From Hormiphora californensis (taxonomy: Eukaryota > Animalia > Ctenophora), in contig CM035351.1 of assembly GCA_020137815.1 (NCBI GenBank), positions 8,742,001 to 8,806,000 of the forward strand: a stretch of 64,000 nucleotides of DNA, written 5' to 3'. The position numbers were made by a program, and so were the translations under genes. The notes under the pieces were generated by a model. The model ran no database searches and had not been told where the DNA came from. It was given only the letters and a program-made list of their open reading frames with translations. Shown here piece after piece: positions 63,691 through 64,000 of this stretch. The stretch's first letter is position 1. Every line of letters starts with the position of its first letter.

Positions 63691-64000
63691 GTTTGTGATA
63701 TTATATGACATATCATTTGTGTCTGTGATGGACCTTTATGCGACGAGATTTTGTTCATTGGTCTGTATTTTGTTCTTTATTTCTTTTCTCTGAATATTTC
63801 CCCTGGCCGTCATTGGTCAAAAGATTTCTCCTTGACGTGTGCAACTGAAAGCCTAGTCTAGACAGCTATCAGGGGATAGCATATACTACCACATATTTTA
63901 TTACGCTACAATATTATGTCAATATTAAAAAGTGCAGACTACAGCCGTCTTTCAAAGGGAATCTCATATCATTGGCCTCTGTCTTGTCTCCCTAAATATT

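Overview
Intron-rich eukaryotic (animal) genomic DNA with abundant (GA)n microsatellites. It is most likely a ctenophore, inferred from a ctenophore-type neuropeptide precursor and a dispersed repeat I recall from Pleurobrachia (unverified). 1-18.1 kb: seven tightly packed minus-strand housekeeping genes (UQCC2, ARFGAP2/3, ITFG2, MED11, MPP10, GCLC, METTL14), most with a 3' splice acceptor a few nt before the ATG, suggesting trans-spliced operons. 18.4-33.9 kb: a transposon island with a CMC/CACTA-like element carrying inverted 72-bp satellite arrays, a full-length CR1-type LINE with an apparent -1 frameshift signal, and a second CR1 interrupted by a Kolobok-like MITE. 34-46 kb: CETN3, then a centrin-like gene whose introns hold same-strand GPCR and SVOP-like MFS genes. 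47.5-48 kb: a two-exon 61-aa neuropeptide precursor missed by the ORF track. 50.4-53.7 kb: the main finding, a six-exon microbial-type class I terpene synthase (DDxxD, NSE-like and WxxxxxRY motifs). From 61.5 kb: the 5' part of an SLC7/LAT transporter. Five frameshifts of 1-2 nt in otherwise intact genes look like consensus errors at heterozygous sites. All gene models were built by hand and no database search was run.
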